From: Lingula anatina
Taxonomy: Eukaryota; Animalia; Brachiopoda
NCBI GenBank assembly: GCA_051362555.1
Contig: CM120641.1
Location: forward strand, 40,740,401-40,804,400
Length of the DNA stretch: 64,000 nucleotides
Direction of reading: 5' to 3'
Numbering within the stretch: the stretch's first letter is position 1; each line of letters begins with the position of its first letter. The notes beneath the pieces are model-generated. The model searched no databases, was not told where the DNA came from, and was given only the letters and a program-made list of their open reading frames with translations. Shown here one piece after another: positions 60,887-64,000 of this stretch. The position numbers and the translations under genes were made by a program.

Positions 60887-63800
60887 TCACACCTTAGTTT
60901 CTATATTTTGTCCCACAACTCCTGCATGTGTTTGTGATGTGGGATCTTTGGGTTTCTGTTGCTGCTGTTGGTGTATTTGTTGAAGGCCCTGTTGCACTTG
61001 CTGTTGTTGTTGTTGCGGCTGATGTTGTTGTTGTAGCTGTATGGCCTGTTGTTGCTGTTGTGTGTGGTGTTGCTGTTGTGTATATTGTTGTTGCTGCAAG
61101 TGTTGGTTTTGCTGTGACTGTAACTGATGCTGTTGCTGAAGATGTTCTGCCATTGTCTTTTTGTTTCTTTCCTTTAGTAATGCTCCCCTGTATTCTTCAT
61201 ATCCCATGACAATTTCTTCCAACTCCTGTTTGAAAAGTCTATTGAGAATGGCATCATATGCTTCTAGCTCTGGCAGGCGAAACAATTCCCACTGAAACCA
61301 GAGTTGAAATGATTATATAATATAAACCTATGTAAGTGATCATTTAAATGTCCATGAAAAAGATTGAAATTTTAAATTTAGTGAGATTGAAATTGCAATT
61401 TTAATTCTGCCAGCTACATACACATTCAAAATAAAGAAAACATACCTTTAGCTTATGGTCATGCTCTGATGGTGCTTTTGAATATACATACAACCATTCT
61501 GGTATTTCTGAACAATTAAAGAAAGCACAAATTATTTTAAGGTGAGCTATCAAATTAACATATACGTTTCAAACGAATGATACTGATCAATTATAATCTA
61601 TTTGCACACGACACAATTTTCACTTGTCAACAAAACTATTCAAAGTCATATTTACATTGATTCCTCGATTCAGAACAGAGTTGGTTCTAAGATATATACG
61701 TATGTATACATGTACTTATGTATGTGTACATATATATGTGCTATTGAATACTATATTTCCTTTGACTTTTTATCCAACTTACCCATGGTGTTGTATGGAT
61801 TGGCTGGCACAAGAACATTGCTCTGTGGCCTGGGTTCTGCTCCTTGCTGAGACAATTGAGCATTGGGGTTTACATAAGGAGGAGCTCTGCTGTATTGGGG
61901 CAAGGGGGGAGCACCAGGATGCCAGTACTGTGCCGTCTTTGTTGTATGACTGGAAAAAATTACACTAAATAAATGCTAAGTTTATCTTTAGAGCTCTATC
62001 TCAATAGGAATGTCACTAGATTAAAAACATTCGTCTGTATTCTTTTTAGGTGCTTTGAAGATTGACAAAATAAGCTGTATGTGTATAAAACAATAAGAAA
62101 TGTCACATTACTGTCTCATTAACCAACCATTCAAATGATTAAAGGTATGATCAATAGGGTTAACACATAAAGACCTAGCAAATTCAGATGTGGAAAAGAA
62201 AATGGCAATAATGAATAAACACAGGAAGAAAAACCAGCTAACTGACACCAAGCATCAAGCCAGTAACTCACTTCACATAGTACACCCCATGTTCCTGTGA
62301 TTCTATTCTCTCCCAGTCAGTTGGCAAGCTTTCTTTCTCCAGGGGATGACTCCAGTGGGTGGTCTGTGTGTTGTGGTCTATATAGTACTTTCTCCCTCTC
62401 ATGGTCCAGTCTACAGACCAACCCTGGGGTAAAGCAGGCTCACTACCTGCCTGGAGCACACTGTGATTACCTTACATATGAAGAATAACAGTATTTTAGA
62501 GCATGTGTACTTAACTATTGATATTTTTAACCCCTTCTTCAAATGTAGAATCAATGGTGAGACAAGGTAGTATACATATCAAGTACCATCCCTGGAACTG
62601 AATTAGTGACAGTGGTCAAGAAATATATCTGAACAAACTGCACAACTATACGTAACCATACTTATACTTTGAGTTCAACCATAAGGAATTTCTTACTTTA
62701 TCCATTTCATCATGAACTTATGAAATATACTTCAACAGTGAACCATGAATAAATAAAACACTTTCTTGAAAAACATCAGTGACCAAGCATCTCAGTTTTC
62801 ATCCTTTTACTCAAGGATTATTATGGGGTTAATTGAACTAGGCATTCTTTTTTTTTCTCTAATAAAATTTGGACAAATGGTTCTGAATATGACCAAAATA
62901 CTAACTTGAAGCAGCCACTGAGGCAGCAGCAGCATTTGCACTGCTGACACTTGGCCGGCTGTCTTGTCTAAAGTTGGTCAAATTTGTTTGCACTGGTCCC
63001 ATATGCTTTTGCTCACTCTGTTGCATGTACTGGTTCCTAATTTGCCTGTGATATTGTTGGATCTGATAGTTCTCATCAAACATTTGCTGATACTGATCAT
63101 TACTTTGTAAGCTGATTAGTTCTGGTGCAGAGGGATGCTGGTAATGCTGTTTTATATCTGAATGGTCTGTAATAGCATAAAAATTATTAATGCACTCTTG
63201 TTGTTGCTGCCTAAATTGGCAATTGGAAAATTTCTCCAGCATTTGCTACTGCAACTGCTACTACTACTACTACCTTTTTAGTTTTTTAAAATTATTATTA
63301 TTGTTTCTTCAATTTTCATTTTCATGTACTGAAGTTCAAATTGACCTGTACAATGCATACATATAATAGCCAAAGCCCTTAAGTTTGTAATTACCTATAT
63401 CATCTTTATGTTGCACAATTCCAGGGGCATGCGATCCTAATTGCTGCTCCACAGCACTATTATACCCTTGAGATCTGGAGGGAGCACCTGTCACATCGTG
63501 GGATCCAAAACTGTGTGCCCTATTCAAAGAGGGCTGTCCATCCTTAGCACCAAAACTAGGAGTCCTTGCAATATTAGCTATGTTAGGCTGACTTGAAGCC
63601 AGTACATTCTGCCCTTGTGTCTGAACACTTGAAATCTGCAAGTTCTGGAATGAATGGCTTATGCCCTGTTCTCCTGTAGATGTAGTCCTTGGGAGCGCTG
63701 AAGGCACATAATGGTGCCGTGCTTGGTGATATGCTGCAACAGCATGTGGAGAATAAACATGGCTGGAAGTTGGAGGTGGCCTAACTGGAGGGGGAGCAGT

Positions 63801-63889
63801 CACTATGTGTGGTTGTGGGATATATGAAGATTGTGATTGCTTGCTTCTTTTCTGGAAACTGGTCCCTTGCCTCACTGGTGTGTGATAGT
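60887..63889 (-). CDS. SAV1: Protein salvador homolog 1 (Hippo pathway scaffold; two WW domains plus SARAH), 5'-partial
   Basis: Exons 63889-63395, (63166-62906, possibly cassette), 62446-62272, 61949-61783, 61507-61446, 61291-60887. [44 protein letters not shown] (WW-WW); LVPANPY; EIPEWLYVY; [35 protein letters not shown] (SARAH). The first exon lies beyond the right window edge. Confidence 0.95.
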
Positions 63890-64000
63890 CTGCACAAAAT
63901 CAATGGCAAATAACTGATTAATTATTACATTTCAAACAGATGAGAAATAAATTCAACATCAATTATTCTTATTTGCAGGTGAAAATGAAAGCATTTCCTT

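Noticed and set aside
60928-61209. Val/Ala-rich plus-strand ORF
   Set aside because: Antisense shadow of the SAV1 glutamine-rich exon.

Overview
Eukaryotic (animal) genomic DNA, not prokaryotic. AT-rich short introns, poly-T/poly-G tracts and the TE types suggest a bivalve mollusc such as an oyster (inference only). The window spans a satellite-to-gene boundary. Bases 1-~30,010 are a very homogeneous 361-bp tandem satellite (~83 copies) with higher-order structure; all ORFs called there are spurious. Bases ~30.0-39.1 kb are a repeat-dense buffer: an orphan DNA-transposon end, ~3.5 copies of a ~930-bp tandem unit carrying micro-exon-like splice signals, a decayed Rex1/Babar-like LINE interrupted by nested non-autonomous DNA transposons, and a hAT-type MITE. 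Bases 39.2-64 kb hold four tightly packed spliced genes: DHTKD1 (+, 23 exons, one certain and one likely GC-AG intron, unusual active-site-loop residues), a countin-like saposin-B protein (-), a CCDC42/CFAP73-family coiled-coil protein (+, head-to-head with the countin-like gene across 180 bp) and salvador/SAV1 (-, first exon outside the window). Exon boundaries were read by eye and checked for frame continuity; no database searches were run, and reference motifs are quoted from memory.
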